Shown: positions 1 through 9,735 of the stretch, in pieces
Numbering within the stretch: the stretch's first letter is position 1
How the letters are laid out: every line of letters begins with the position of its first letter
DNA from: a virus
Taxonomy: Duplodnaviria > Caudoviricetes
IMG/VR virus record: IMGVR_UViG_3300020034_000026
Coordinates: 1-50,889 of that record
Reading direction: 5' to 3' (one strand)
Length of the DNA stretch: 50,889 nucleotides
Translations under genes and position numbers: made by a program
The notes under the pieces: generated by a model
Told to the model about the DNA's origin: nothing
Databases searched by the model: none
The model's input: the letters and a program-made list of their open reading frames with translations, nothing else

Positions 1-410
1 CGTAGCCCCACCAGAGCGACCGCATCGGTGACCGAGTGGGCTCGGTCATCTCCAGGATCAACTTCGTTCCCTGTGGTTTTCCATCTGTCGATTGATACAT
101 CGACAAAGATGAGTAGAGCGGTATCCCCTACTGCTACAGGGTAGGTAGTCCTGAATCCCCCACCTCCGAGAAACATGATTGGTACATTGGGGACAACGGC
201 ACGACGGTAGGCAATCCGACTACCATCTTCTCCAATCACTACTCTTCTCAGGAGTGGCTGGATGTCTGCTCTCTGAGTAGCAGAAGAGTACCTTTCAATT
301 CTGCCTGGCATGGACACGTGAAGCTCGCCAGCTAGATGAGACTCAATAGCCTTTACAATCACCTCAGAGAAAGTAGGGACCGCTCCATTGTCATCGTCAT
401 CGATGCTCAT
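1..410 (-). CDS. Baseplate spike protein (Gp138/gpV-like), N-terminal part; continues across the window end
   Basis: Not in the ORF track. ATG at 410 overlaps the stop of 407..1264 (ATGA). Translation MSIDDD...LHVSMPGRIERYSSATQRADIQPLL...VPNVPIMFLGGGGFRTTYPVAVGDTALLIFVDVSIDRW...RAHSVTDAVALVGL matches the Gp138 N-terminal pattern. Confidence 0.8.
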   Translation of the reverse strand, partial: MSIDDDDNGAVPTFSEVIVKAIESHLAGELHVSMPGRIERYSSATQRADIQPLLRRVVIGEDGSRIAYRRAVVPNVPIMFLGGGGFRTTYPVAVGDTALLIFVDVSIDRWKTTGNEVDPGDDRAHSVTDAVALVGL

Positions 411-1264
411 AGGGGATTCCCGTCTATCTGAGTGTGGCAGTCTGTTCCATGGGTATCGATGGTATGCCTAAGCTTCAAGACTTTGAATCGACCATGGATG
501 TATCTGGATCGAACTTCCATGGTCCCCCCTGGTACAAGTCGCGGGTACAGGAGATTCTTGACGGTGAGTATTGGAGGCTTTCCCTTTTCTGGGGGACTGC
601 CATACTCAGGTGAACCGATCATTCCACTATTGCTTCCAGGCAGAGAGCTAATCACTGCTACTTGATCCTTGCGTAGTTCTCCCTCGCCTAGAATCTGAAC
701 CGTCCCATCCTGTATCGACCACTGCTTTTGAAATGGGCGCAGAAGACGAGTCAACTCTTTGGAGATCAGTCCATCTACAACGATGCCCGATGCGACAGTG
801 GCAGTCATATCAGCCAGCAGATTGACTCTATCGAATGGGGCGCCCATGGCAGATAGAAGATCAAAGACCACGTTACGAACGGGCGTTCCCGCTCGGTACG
901 ATTGGCTCACTTGAGCGAAACGAAATGCTCTATCTCCATCACCAACTTGGATCTTGGTAACCCAAGATGTTCCATCTTTGACACTCTCACACCAGCGCAT
1001 GTCTCCTTCGAAAACTCTTTCTAAGGAACCATCAAAGCCAGCCTCAAGTCTGATGTACAGGGGCTTTTGCTGCAGTTCTCCACGAGTCTTCTCACTGAGA
1101 TTGATGACGACCAGATCACAATTGTTTGGATCTTTCCCTAGATGCTTGTCGATGTCTGCAATGATATGCAGGTCACGGATGACAATCGCATTAGGAGATT
1201 GTGAAAAGAACGATTGCGGTCTTGCAATCGTGAGAGAGACTCCTGTCTTGAAAAGCCTAGACAT
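407..1264 (-). CDS. Baseplate hub protein
   Basis: INLS...LEAG...VFEGD...GDGD...WSIQDG...GMIGSPE pattern; lies between the Dit-like/plug genes and the spike. Confidence 0.75.
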   Translation of the reverse strand: MSRLFKTGVSLTIARPQSFFSQSPNAIVIRDLHIIADIDKHLGKDPNNCDLVVINLSEKTRGELQQKPLYIRLEAGFDGSLERVFEGDMRWCESVKDGTSWVTKIQVGDGDRAFRFAQVSQSYRAGTPVRNVVFDLLSAMGAPFDRVNLLADMTATVASGIVVDGLISKELTRLLRPFQKQWSIQDGTVQILGEGELRKDQVAVISSLPGSNSGMIGSPEYGSPPEKGKPPILTVKNLLYPRLVPGGTMEVRSRYIHGRFKVLKLRHTIDTHGTDCHTQIDGNPL

Positions 1265-1601
1265 CGATTTCTAGATCAAGCATCTCTTGCGCTGAGAAGT
1301 AGTACACGACCACCCGGGTACCCATGTCTTCTAGAGTAGCGTCCACACCAGTGTGGGATTGATCGAACACGCGCAGAAGCCCTGGGGGGAATCGAGGATC
1401 AGTCACACGACCACCAATCGACGCCCCTAGAACTAGCTTGAGACCAGCCCTAATCATGTCTCCATCTGCGGTGAGTACATCCATGTACCAGGCTGAATCC
1501 CTAATGTTCCATCTGATATCGAGTGTGTATTGCACACCATCGAGTGCGGTCCCAACTCGATAGTTGGGCTCGTTAGGAACTAGTGGAAGAATGCCAGGCA
1601 T
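1257..1601 (-). CDS. Baseplate protein (plug-like)
   Basis: 114 aa with LDGVQYTLDIRWNIRDSAWYMDV...GLKLVLG; typical small gene between Dit-like and hub genes. Confidence 0.65.
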   Translation of the reverse strand: MPGILPLVPNEPNYRVGTALDGVQYTLDIRWNIRDSAWYMDVLTADGDMIRAGLKLVLGASIGGRVTDPRFPPGLLRVFDQSHTGVDATLEDMGTRVVVYYFSAQEMLDLEIDV

Positions 1602-1602
1602 T

Positions 1603-2262
1603 CTAGAAACTTCCGCCTGCTCCCGGCACTCCGCCCCCAGAACCTACAAGAGTTCTAGTTGGGGATCCTGCATTGTGGGCAGCGGTGAACCTTTGACGTA
1701 GGTAACGCTTGCGCTCTACCTCAGCGTTATCCTCATCGATCATCTCTTGACGAGTGATGCCCCTGCTCTTGGTATACTGGTCAACTGTCATTGCATTCTC
1801 ACGGTCAAGAGCTTTACTGCCTCGATTGACCTTGTGAGCAGCAGTAGGGGTAGCCACCAGCAGAATGGTTCGTTCATTCTGAACGATGGTGATCTCTCTA
1901 AATGTAGCCCTGAACCTCAACCCATTCATCGTGGATGTAGGTGGAGTGAGATTGGTAATGAACATACTGTTGAAGACTTCTTTGCTAGTCTCAACAGAAA
2001 AGGGTTCCTTTTTTAGACGCAAGTCTTTCAGAAACGCATAGGCATCTTGTGAGGGAAGAGTGGTCGGATTCCGCCTATCCGCAAGAGCACCTATTGGATT
2101 GTCGGAAACCACACCTTCGACCTGTAGAACCGTAGGCAGTAGCTTGACGTTGTTAGTTAGATCAGAACCATCTTCGACAGGGTCACTTGTCACTTCTGAG
2201 TCGAAGGAAGGTTCCTCTGCCAGAGCAACATCAATCTCGAATCCTGCGATGAACATAGGCAT
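1603..2262 (-). CDS. Dit-like tail tube initiator/baseplate protein
   Basis: IDVALAEEPSFDSEVTSDPVEDGSDLTNNV...GVVSDNP motif, immediately after the tape measure gene. Confidence 0.7.
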   Translation of the reverse strand: MPMFIAGFEIDVALAEEPSFDSEVTSDPVEDGSDLTNNVKLLPTVLQVEGVVSDNPIGALADRRNPTTLPSQDAYAFLKDLRLKKEPFSVETSKEVFNSMFITNLTPPTSTMNGLRFRATFREITIVQNERTILLVATPTAAHKVNRGSKALDRENAMTVDQYTKSRGITRQEMIDEDNAEVERKRYLRQRFTAAHNAGSPTRTLVGSGGGVPGAGGSF

Positions 2263-2276
2263 TGATATCTACCTAC

Positions 2277-3850
2277 CTATCTTCCTCGCGTGGTCGCACC
2301 AGCGCGACGCATGTTCGAGTCCCAGAGCGACTGAACTGCCTTGCGCACCTCGGTACCGATGCCGCCTGCGTCGGCTCCCGGGCTGGTGTGCACGTGGATC
2401 TGAGCGCTGAACTGGGGCGCCTGCACCTCTACTGCACCTCCGCTTACACCTGCGGCCAGAGGCGTACGCGCCACGCTACCGGCGACCACAGGGGCACCGC
2501 CCTCGCCTCGGGAGATCGCCCGCGCGCGATCAAGGAACTTGTGGGGACCGTCACCGAATCCGATGACGTCTTTAAGAGCTTCTTTTATGTTGTGGGGAAT
2601 CTGTTTGATTCCATCGATCACCCACTGAAAGAACTCTGCAAACTGTTGCTTCCACCATGCGATGGATTCATCGAAGGTACGAGTTAGCCACTGGTCAAGT
2701 TTCTTGAGAGTGCTCTCCCCACCATTGACCCACTTCCATAGATCTCTGATTGCCCAGTTGACCCCTGCAATGATGGCTATCAAGGCAACAAAAGGCGCAG
2801 CCGCAGCAACCCATGCCGCAGCACTAGCAACCGCGGTAGCGATCGCAACCCCCTTAACGACCAAGAAAGTAGTGGCAAGAGTCGTCAATACCAAACTAAG
2901 ATTTTCACTGTTCTCGGAAGACTAACTATTTTCTCTGTGACCTTGCCAATGATGGTTCCGACTTTCTCCGCTACTGGCCACACGAGCTTGAAGACGCGCA
3001 GTAGTATCTCCCCTACCTTGCGTGAGATGCCTGCTATGCGCACAAGCACTGGCCAAAGTTTGTGAAAGAAGCCGACCATGGAAACAACCCATCCGCGGAT
3101 CTTGCTAGCGATGAGTTCTCTGTTTGCCTTGATCCATTCGATACTCTTGTCTGCCACTCTTTGCAGAGTAGGAATCAGAGCAGAGACCAGTGTGTTTCGA
3201 AACGCTGCTGCAGCTGTCTTGACCTTGTCTACCTTGTCGCCCCACTCCTCAAGCGAGCGGGCATCGTCACCAGACAGCCCCCCACCCAGCTCCTTGAACT
3301 CCTCGCGTAGCTTGGCAATCCCACTCCGCCCCTCATTCAGGAATGGGATCATCTCCACACCTGATCGACCAAATATCTTCATGGCCCCGGCACTCTTCAG
3401 GGCACCATTAGGTATCTTGGAGAATACCTCTGCTATATCTCCGAGCACCTCATCAGTGTTGCGAACATGCCCACTAGCGTCCTCAACAGCTATGCCCATT
3501 TCCTTGAATAGCTTTTTTGATTCCTTGCTCCCATGGATTGCCCCATCCATGTTTTTGGCAAGAAACTTCAGGCCAGTAGATAGACCCTCGGCCCCGAGTC
3601 CAGATAGCTTTCCTGCAAACTCCAGCTCCTGAAGAGTTTCAATCAGGACTCCGGTCTTCTCACTGGTCTCTACAAGACGTCCAGCTAGCTCGGCAGTGTC
3701 ATCGATGAGAGAACCGAACCATTTGATTGTCTTGAATGCAACGATGCCAATCAGTGCCCGCTTGACGTTCTCTAACAGTTTGTCTGCAGCAGAGAATGAA
3801 GGCTTATCCGCCTTCAATGTCATCTTGGCAACTAGTTCGGCAAAAGTCAT
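2277..3850 (-). CDS. Tape measure protein, split into two frames (2885..3850 and 2277..2894) by a single -1 shift near 2890-2925
   Basis: Helical Ala/Gly-rich TMP-like sequence (SEKTGVLIETLQELEFA, AMKIFGRSG). The downstream frame continues with hydrophobic TMP-type segments. Joined length is about 525 aa. Confidence 0.8.
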
Positions 3851-3853
3851 TCT

Positions 3854-4081
3854 TTATCTCTTGGCTCTCTGTTCAGCGATGTCTCGCGCGCGAGCTATGC
3901 AATCAAGTACACGATTGGCATCGATGACGTACCCCAGGGTCACTCGATCAAACTCAGTGATCCTTAGTTGTCCCTCCTGGACAAGTCTCCAGACGACCCA
4001 TGTATCTCGGAGATCGTCGGGGAGGATGATGGGCTCTCCTCCTTGAGACGAATAAGGAACGTACTCACGAAGTCTAAAAAA
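3854..4081 (-). CDS. -1 frameshift extension of tail chaperone (gpGT-like)
   Basis: T TTT TTA heptamer at 4081-4075 (minus strand). The -1 frame is open: RLREYVPYSSQGGEPIILPDDLRDTWVVWRLVQEGQLRITEFDRVTLGYVIDANRVLDCIARARDIAEQRAKR*, ending 3 nt before the TMP ATG. Confidence 0.8.
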   Translation of the reverse strand, partial: FFRLREYVPYSSQGGEPIILPDDLRDTWVVWRLVQEGQLRITEFDRVTLGYVIDANRVLDCIARARDIAEQRAKR

Positions 4082-4524
4082 TCGGAGAAGTTCACCTCCA
4101 AGGAAAAGCGCAGAACCTTGAAGAGACTCATCCTCTTTCCTAGAAAAGCAAAATCGATATCCCCTCCGTTAGCCAAGTCGTATCGTTTCTTCTTCCCCTC
4201 GCGTTCTACGATGACACTCACGGGTGCCAAGAGCTGGCCAATCAGCGACCGCTGCTCGTCCACGGTCAGGCGCGCAAACAGCTGATCGACCACAGGGGCC
4301 AAGGCCCCTGCGTTGATTTTGGCAAGGCCCTCACCCACCCCGCCCGCACTTTTTGAGGGCCAGAGGCCTGCCAGGCCAGCCAGAGCGGGCCCAACAATGC
4401 GAATGAGTGCGTTCGCCAGATCAAGACTCTTCATGACAGGTAGTTGATAGACAGTAACCTCAAGTCCATCAATCGTCCGAGTCTCCGACGGCATCTCAGA
4501 GGAAGATGAGGATGGGGATGCCAT
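3964..4524 (-). CDS. Tail assembly chaperone (gpG-like)
   Basis: Between tube and TMP; ATG at 4524 overlaps the tube stop (TAATG); has EVNFSDFL at a slippery site. Confidence 0.75.
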   Translation of the reverse strand: MASPSSSSSEMPSETRTIDGLEVTVYQLPVMKSLDLANALIRIVGPALAGLAGLWPSKSAGGVGEGLAKINAGALAPVVDQLFARLTVDEQRSLIGQLLAPVSVIVEREGKKKRYDLANGGDIDFAFLGKRMSLFKVLRFSLEVNFSDFLDFVSTFLIRLKEESPSSSPTISEIHGSSGDLSRRDN

Positions 4525-4964
4525 TAGAAGCCGACCACCGAGCTTCCTGCATGGGCGGTGATCTGGGCGCAGAGGAACGCCCACTCGATCGCTCGTTGAC
4601 CATCACCGAATTCCAGGTTCGGCATCCTCTGGATTCGTGAGATAGCAGCCTCAACTACAGTGAGATTGTTTAGATCTTTCAACATGTAGTTACCGTATCC
4701 CGCAAGAGTGACTCTTCGACCCGCGTTGAAGCGGGCACTCAACAGATCATTGGAGGGGCTCTCTGCCTTGAGAGTAGTACGGATAATGCCACTCTCATTA
4801 TTGTTGATAATGAAAGTGACATCACCGGCGGGACCCACGTGGAGTTCACTGCCCTCTGCAGCATACTCGATGCTGATGAACACCCCATCCATCGGAGCCA
4901 GCAAGTCGATTCCACCCCACGACTGTGCAACTTCGCGAGGATTGTACTGTCCATAAAGAGGCAT
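4524..4964 (-). CDS. Tail tube protein (DUF3277-like)
   Basis: 146 aa, QYNPREV..SWGG.....DGVFISI motif; follows the sheath gene. Confidence 0.75.
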   Translation of the reverse strand: MPLYGQYNPREVAQSWGGIDLLAPMDGVFISIEYAAEGSELHVGPAGDVTFIINNNESGIIRTTLKAESPSNDLLSARFNAGRRVTLAGYGNYMLKDLNNLTVVEAAISRIQRMPNLEFGDGQRAIEWAFLCAQITAHAGSSVVGF

Positions 4965-4992
4965 CTTTTATCCTTTCTTTTTCTGCTCAGTC

Positions 4993-6351
4993 TCAGCGAG
5001 ACAGGATGATTCGGACGCCCACCTTATGGACGGCACCGGTCAACCGACCATTGGCTTCTAGCCCCGGAAAGTATCGAGCGATTCGGTCTGCTACAGACAT
5101 GTCCTCCACACGTGAGGTGATGAACTGAGGAGACTGTGGCGTCGGAGGATCATCCGAGGCGTCTGTCTCATCGATCATCACTCGATTGATGGCTCGACGG
5201 AAGGTGCCCCGAAGGGCTCCCTCAAGCTTGGTAACATCCTTGTTCGTATATGCCACCTTGGTAGGGGCGTTGAATATAACATCAGCGATGCTCTTGATGG
5301 CGTCATCCTTGATCCAGTCGATCGATCTCTGGATGTCAATGAAGTCGCCGTCCCCTGTGGTCCCGTTGAACGTGACATTGCGGCCTGCAACACGCTCGAT
5401 GGAGTTGCCATTCTTGGCTACAAGATTCCCTCTCTGAGTAGGAGTGAGGGCAACAGCGGGAACTCCGGCTAGCGTCTTCCCGAACCAAGTCTCACTGCCT
5501 GCATCCAGAGGTAGAACCTTCCCCATCCATGCGGCACCGAACATAGAAGCAGGGGAAGGATGGTAGTTGCCCATCACACGTGCGTGCGCATCGGAGGCAA
5601 TCGTATCCACGAGATCCCCACCCCCAGCAACAGTCGTAATGACCGCGCTGTCATTGGTATCGATGAGGGCAGTCTTCTCATTCGCCTCCACCCAGTCCTT
5701 TACGGCAGAGCCATAGGCAAAGGAGTTGAACATGGGGTAGACGCAGTAGAAGTCATCGTTCTCCAGACGAATAGCCGCAAGATCCGTGGCCACCCCTGGG
5801 TCAACGTGAGTCTGTGCAACAGCGAAGTCATCTACCGTAGAAACCTCGACAGAGAACCATCCCCCTGCCGCGTTAGCCGTGAGCACCAAAGTGGTGGTCC
5901 CCGTTGCCGTGTAGTTCTTCGATGCAACACCGTTGAATGCAGCAATCAGCTGGGTGACAATGGTTCCCGCTGTCGGCGATGCCGCCGAGGTAATCGACAG
6001 AACCGTGCGGCTGAAACCCTCCCCTTCTACAGTGACGTAGTAGATATGCGAGTTCCTCACCACAGGGGTAAGAATGTAGACCTGAGTTGGCGGGAGCAAA
6101 CCTCGACCGACCCGGGCATTCTGGGGATGAGGAGTCTGTGCCATGATGGCGTTGACAGCCCGCACCTCAGCGTCATCTGCGGCATACCCATCCGCCACCA
6201 TGTCAACCCCGCTAGCGTACAGACGCGAACGTTCAGAAGTTAACCATGGAGCATTGTACCCCAAGACAAAAGGAGTCCCGAACCCCAGACGAGTGAGGCC
6301 CCGAGAGTCTTTGGTAATGACCGCGTCAACGTAGTTTCTGATATCAGCCAT
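4993..6351 (-). CDS. Tail sheath protein (DUF3383-like)
   Basis: 452 aa; GSETWFGKTLAGV, GDFIDIQRSIDW and terminal LTGAVHKV motifs. Confidence 0.85.
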   Translation of the reverse strand: MADIRNYVDAVITKDSRGLTRLGFGTPFVLGYNAPWLTSERSRLYASGVDMVADGYAADDAEVRAVNAIMAQTPHPQNARVGRGLLPPTQVYILTPVVRNSHIYYVTVEGEGFSRTVLSITSAASPTAGTIVTQLIAAFNGVASKNYTATGTTTLVLTANAAGGWFSVEVSTVDDFAVAQTHVDPGVATDLAAIRLENDDFYCVYPMFNSFAYGSAVKDWVEANEKTALIDTNDSAVITTVAGGGDLVDTIASDAHARVMGNYHPSPASMFGAAWMGKVLPLDAGSETWFGKTLAGVPAVALTPTQRGNLVAKNGNSIERVAGRNVTFNGTTGDGDFIDIQRSIDWIKDDAIKSIADVIFNAPTKVAYTNKDVTKLEGALRGTFRRAINRVMIDETDASDDPPTPQSPQFITSRVEDMSVADRIARYFPGLEANGRLTGAVHKVGVRIILSR

Positions 6352-6376
6352 GTTCTCTCCTCACCTCAATCATCTG

Positions 6377-6958
6377 TCATGGTTCGGGAACATCAAACTC
6401 AAGAGTCTTGATCACCCCTGCATCTTCCAGATTCAGGGTGACTCCAACTCTCTCAATATAGGTGGTGTACTCTTCAACCTGAGAAGAAATGAAAGCTCTC
6501 ATCTCTGTCTGAGCGCGAGCCTCGAATCGAGCCCCAACGATTCCATCAATAGACAGGATAGGACTCCATGCGGCCACTCCGATGCCTGCATTGTTCAGTG
6601 CATAGTTCACTGAGTCTGTGAAGGAACGGGCAACGATGTTGTTCAACTCAAACTCAGGAGTAGTAGCAACATCCTCCATGTCTCCGAAGTAGCGAACCGT
6701 AATTGTCATCTCTCGCTGGCCACGAGTCTTGACAATAAGCTCTCTACCATCGGAGCCTGTAGAGTCTGGGTTATCGGCCACTACGTTGTAGTCTTGTCCA
6801 CGCGACACGATACTCATGATGGCAAAATCGATCATGGGTACCGGAGGACGAGGGGCATCCTTTGGCTGTCTGGACCAAATGACTTTGTTGACAGGTAGAC
6901 CACTACTCACAACAAGCATATGGTGAAGTGCCCGCTTGACTTGATCCCACTGAATCAT
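6377..6958 (-). CDS. Neck/tail terminator protein
   Basis: VIWSRQ..DAPRPPVP and YTTYIERV motifs; directly upstream of the sheath. Confidence 0.7.
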   Translation of the reverse strand: MIQWDQVKRALHHMLVVSSGLPVNKVIWSRQPKDAPRPPVPMIDFAIMSIVSRGQDYNVVADNPDSTGSDGRELIVKTRGQREMTITVRYFGDMEDVATTPEFELNNIVARSFTDSVNYALNNAGIGVAAWSPILSIDGIVGARFEARAQTEMRAFISSQVEEYTTYIERVGVTLNLEDAGVIKTLEFDVPEP

Positions 6959-8424
6959 CAGGGCACCCCAATCCGTGAGACATAGGCTCTATAGAAGCGC
7001 TGCCCAAACGCTTGCCAGTCTTCTACCTTGATAACTTCCCACTCCTCATCTTGAATGACTACTAGATCAGGGTCTCCTTGCGCGCGCGTACGCAGGCGCG
7101 TGTTTGTGTAGACAGCCTTTACCTCACTGGCACTTTGCCCCTCACGAGGGATCTCAAGCTTGCGGCCAGTGACGGGATGATGAAAGGCAACCACAGGGAA
7201 GGGAGCGCGAGCGTTTCGTATGTACGAGCCATCAACCCATGCCCCGACCGAGGCCCGTAAAACGATCAGCGTTCCAACTCCCTCGCCACCAGCGAAGGAA
7301 GCTATCGCCCCTGTGGTTGCGCCAAAATCTTCAGTCTCAAAAGCATCAACAAACATGATGCCGAATGCTTCAGAGACATCCTCAGCAAGGCCTTCAGGAA
7401 AAAAGGTACCTTGGGCAAATCCAATTGCGAAAGCTTCAGAGGTGCTCTCAGAGATGCCAACCGGATTGACGTCACCAGAGAGAGCCCCCGTAGCTTCCGA
7501 CGTGCTCTCGGCCAGGCCCAGGGCAGTAGAGGTAGCGGCCAGGGTTCCGAGCGCCTCGCTGATATCCTGTGCCAGCCCGGTGGGCAGGGCCCAGCCAACC
7601 AAGGTACCGGTCGCCTCGGAGGTGCTCTCGGCCAGCCCTGTGGTCGCCACTCGAGCGGTCCCGACACCGACGGCGTCCGAGGGTCCGTCTTGTGCAAGCC
7701 CAGCTCCGACAGCCAGCGTCGTCTCACGAATTCGTAGGATGACAGTGGCGCCAGTCGGAAAGAATGTTGCTGCGCTTGTACCAAGAGTAGCAGTATAGGC
7801 AACTGCTACGTTTGCTGTTCCTGCGGTGACCGATTGATGAGACATGAAAAACTGCATGTCATCACCAGCGGTATTCGATGCATCTCCACGCTCGACAGCT
7901 GTACCTAAAGTGATGCCAGTAGCTGTCATCACTTCTGCACCTACACCGGAAGCAACATCTCCATTGATTCCGGTAACAGCAAGGAGCATATCCCCAGACT
8001 GAATGTCTAGAGTCTGATCTGTAACGACAGACCATGGCAGAGTAGGAACTTCGTCCACTCCGCTAACACAAGCCATTGCCCATGATAGGAGGGCACTCTT
8101 GGTCCAGCGGTACATTCGACCCCGTCCGCCATTACCTCCGGGAACGGAAAGAATGAGATTGCCTGTTTCTGTGCCATCGGCAATCTTGACCATCCACTGA
8201 ACTAGTACCTGTCCAGTGTCTACTCCAGATGGGCCAAGGCCTCCGGAACGGGATCCATTGGTTAGGATCGACCAGCCAGAGGGGACCACAGGGGGAGTGG
8301 CGGGATACTTCTCTGCGATCGCTATTGTGAGAAGATCGCCAGCCGCAATGCTAGCTGGATAGGGAAGCGTGTATGACGTGCTCCCGTTTCCCTCTGCGCC
8401 AGCTGTTCCGAATGCGACAGTCAT
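6958..8424 (-). CDS. Virion protein: beta-rich N-terminal domain + 20-aa repeats + C-terminal head-closure-like domain
   Basis: Repeats of GLA(E/Q)xxSEAxG. The C-terminal ~115 aa (GAWVDG...PVTGRKLEIPREGQ...VYTNTRL...PDLVVIQDEEWEVIKVEDW) resembles head-closure proteins. Confidence 0.6.
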   Translation of the reverse strand: MTVAFGTAGAEGNGSTSYTLPYPASIAAGDLLTIAIAEKYPATPPVVPSGWSILTNGSRSGGLGPSGVDTGQVLVQWMVKIADGTETGNLILSVPGGNGGRGRMYRWTKSALLSWAMACVSGVDEVPTLPWSVVTDQTLDIQSGDMLLAVTGINGDVASGVGAEVMTATGITLGTAVERGDASNTAGDDMQFFMSHQSVTAGTANVAVAYTATLGTSAATFFPTGATVILRIRETTLAVGAGLAQDGPSDAVGVGTARVATTGLAESTSEATGTLVGWALPTGLAQDISEALGTLAATSTALGLAESTSEATGALSGDVNPVGISESTSEAFAIGFAQGTFFPEGLAEDVSEAFGIMFVDAFETEDFGATTGAIASFAGGEGVGTLIVLRASVGAWVDGSYIRNARAPFPVVAFHHPVTGRKLEIPREGQSASEVKAVYTNTRLRTRAQGDPDLVVIQDEEWEVIKVEDWQAFGQRFYRAYVSRIGVP

Positions 8425-8457
8425 CAGACATGCAGATCAAACAAGAAAAGAAGACAA

Positions 8458-8892
8458 CTAGAGTTGACGTACAAGAATGGTAGGAACAGGTGTAACACCA
8501 TTCCCTAGTGTCACGTTGGGAGTGAGAGGACCTTTGCGTAGAAGCTTCCCAATCCCCGTGGGCGCCGTACCGACACCGAAGAAAGCGGCAACCGGACTAG
8601 CCCCAACTCCCCCCTGCGGAAAAGTCACAGGGTTGACCGGAACTGCCTCATTGATGGTCACTGTCCATCCGCCTGCAGTTCGGGGAACAGCGACACGAGC
8701 ATAGTTGGTATAGGCAACTTCACTCGTGGTTTGATCCCCACCAACGCCGGGGTCGGCAGTGTGCAGACTGATGTATAGGTTTCCTGCTACGGCACTGGGC
8801 TGCAGTCCTGCGGCATCCCCCATGAGAGAGAAAGCAACATTGTTGAACTCCAAGAGTAGGAGCCCGTTCCTCCAAGTTGTGACCATCGTCAT
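8458..8892 (-). CDS. Virion structural protein (LYISLHTADPG family)
   Basis: LYISLHTADPG...SEVAYTNYARVAV...VTFP motif, common in phage minor structural proteins. Confidence 0.6.
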   Translation of the reverse strand: MTMVTTWRNGLLLLEFNNVAFSLMGDAAGLQPSAVAGNLYISLHTADPGVGGDQTTSEVAYTNYARVAVPRTAGGWTVTINEAVPVNPVTFPQGGVGASPVAAFFGVGTAPTGIGKLLRKGPLTPNVTLGNGVTPVPTILVRQL

Positions 8893-8895
8893 CGC

Positions 8896-9354
8896 TTACG
8901 TTCCTTTCACAACTAGGTGGCTGATTGCGCCAACAAGACGACCAGTGTCAACCAAGGGGCGATCGCTACCCTTGCGATCAATGGTTGATTGAGCTAGCGG
9001 AGGGGGAACACCAGCCCCCTCAGTGATTGTCTTTTTCATCTCTGTTGAAACAACTAGTCCGAGAGCCTCATGAGCATTATTGAGACTCATCTTTTTGAGC
9101 ACTACAGCACGAGCTAGCTTGACCTGAGTCTCCCTGATCAGTTCTGCTTTGTCTGCGAGAGTCCTGCGCATGAAGGATCTCTCGGGAACATTGATGGTGC
9201 CAAACTCATGAAAAGCCGCAAGCTCGGCCATGGAAACACCATCATGGTCCACGGCACTAGCACTGATAACGCCTATCTTTACGTAAGCCTCTTCCTTGAG
9301 TCTCTTCTTCAGAGACTTCCACTCCTCGTCATTGACTATGATGTCATCCATCAC
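8896..9354 (-). CDS. Neck/tail completion protein
   Basis: HEFGT..VPERSFMR...PPLAQSTIDRKGSDRPLVDTGRL motif. Confidence 0.8.
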   Translation of the reverse strand: MMDDIIVNDEEWKSLKKRLKEEAYVKIGVISASAVDHDGVSMAELAAFHEFGTINVPERSFMRRTLADKAELIRETQVKLARAVVLKKMSLNNAHEALGLVVSTEMKKTITEGAGVPPPLAQSTIDRKGSDRPLVDTGRLVGAISHLVVKGT

Positions 9355-9366
9355 CCATCACTCACC

Positions 9367-9726
9367 CTAGATCAACACTACCCCTAGACCTAAGGTATCC
9401 AGAAGTGCCTGGTACTCTGCACCGTAGGGAGTTGTGCTGAGTTGACCCGACGAGCTACTCATAGCGAATGACCGTGAGATAGGACCTATCGTTTCCGATG
9501 TCACGGCCCCTGTGGTTCCCGAGATTCCCGAACGTGGTACCGATCCCAAGTGAGCCGCAAGAAAGAGACGGCCCAGGTACAAAGTCTCTGAGTCTTCCCC
9601 GCCCCACACTTCGACATTGAAGTCATTGTTGACGTACAAAAGAATGGCATTCTGCAGCAATGGGTCAACTGCAGCTAGCTGGGCGCCAACTGCTACAACT
9701 TCAGACCATGATACTATAGGTGCCAT
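9367..9726 (-). CDS. Head-tail adaptor (DUF4054-like)
   Basis: LFLAAHL...GAVTSETIGPISRSF...TPYGAEY motif. Confidence 0.8.
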   Translation of the reverse strand: MAPIVSWSEVVAVGAQLAAVDPLLQNAILLYVNNDFNVEVWGGEDSETLYLGRLFLAAHLGSVPRSGISGTTGAVTSETIGPISRSFAMSSSSGQLSTTPYGAEYQALLDTLGLGVVLI

Positions 9727-9735
9727 TTCCTAGAA

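Noticed and set aside
5560-7798. Long antisense ORFs (e.g. 5560..6243, 7220..7798; also 30470..31108, 35613..36269)
   Set aside because: They are shadows of well-supported genes on the opposite strand, with no RBS or recognisable motifs.
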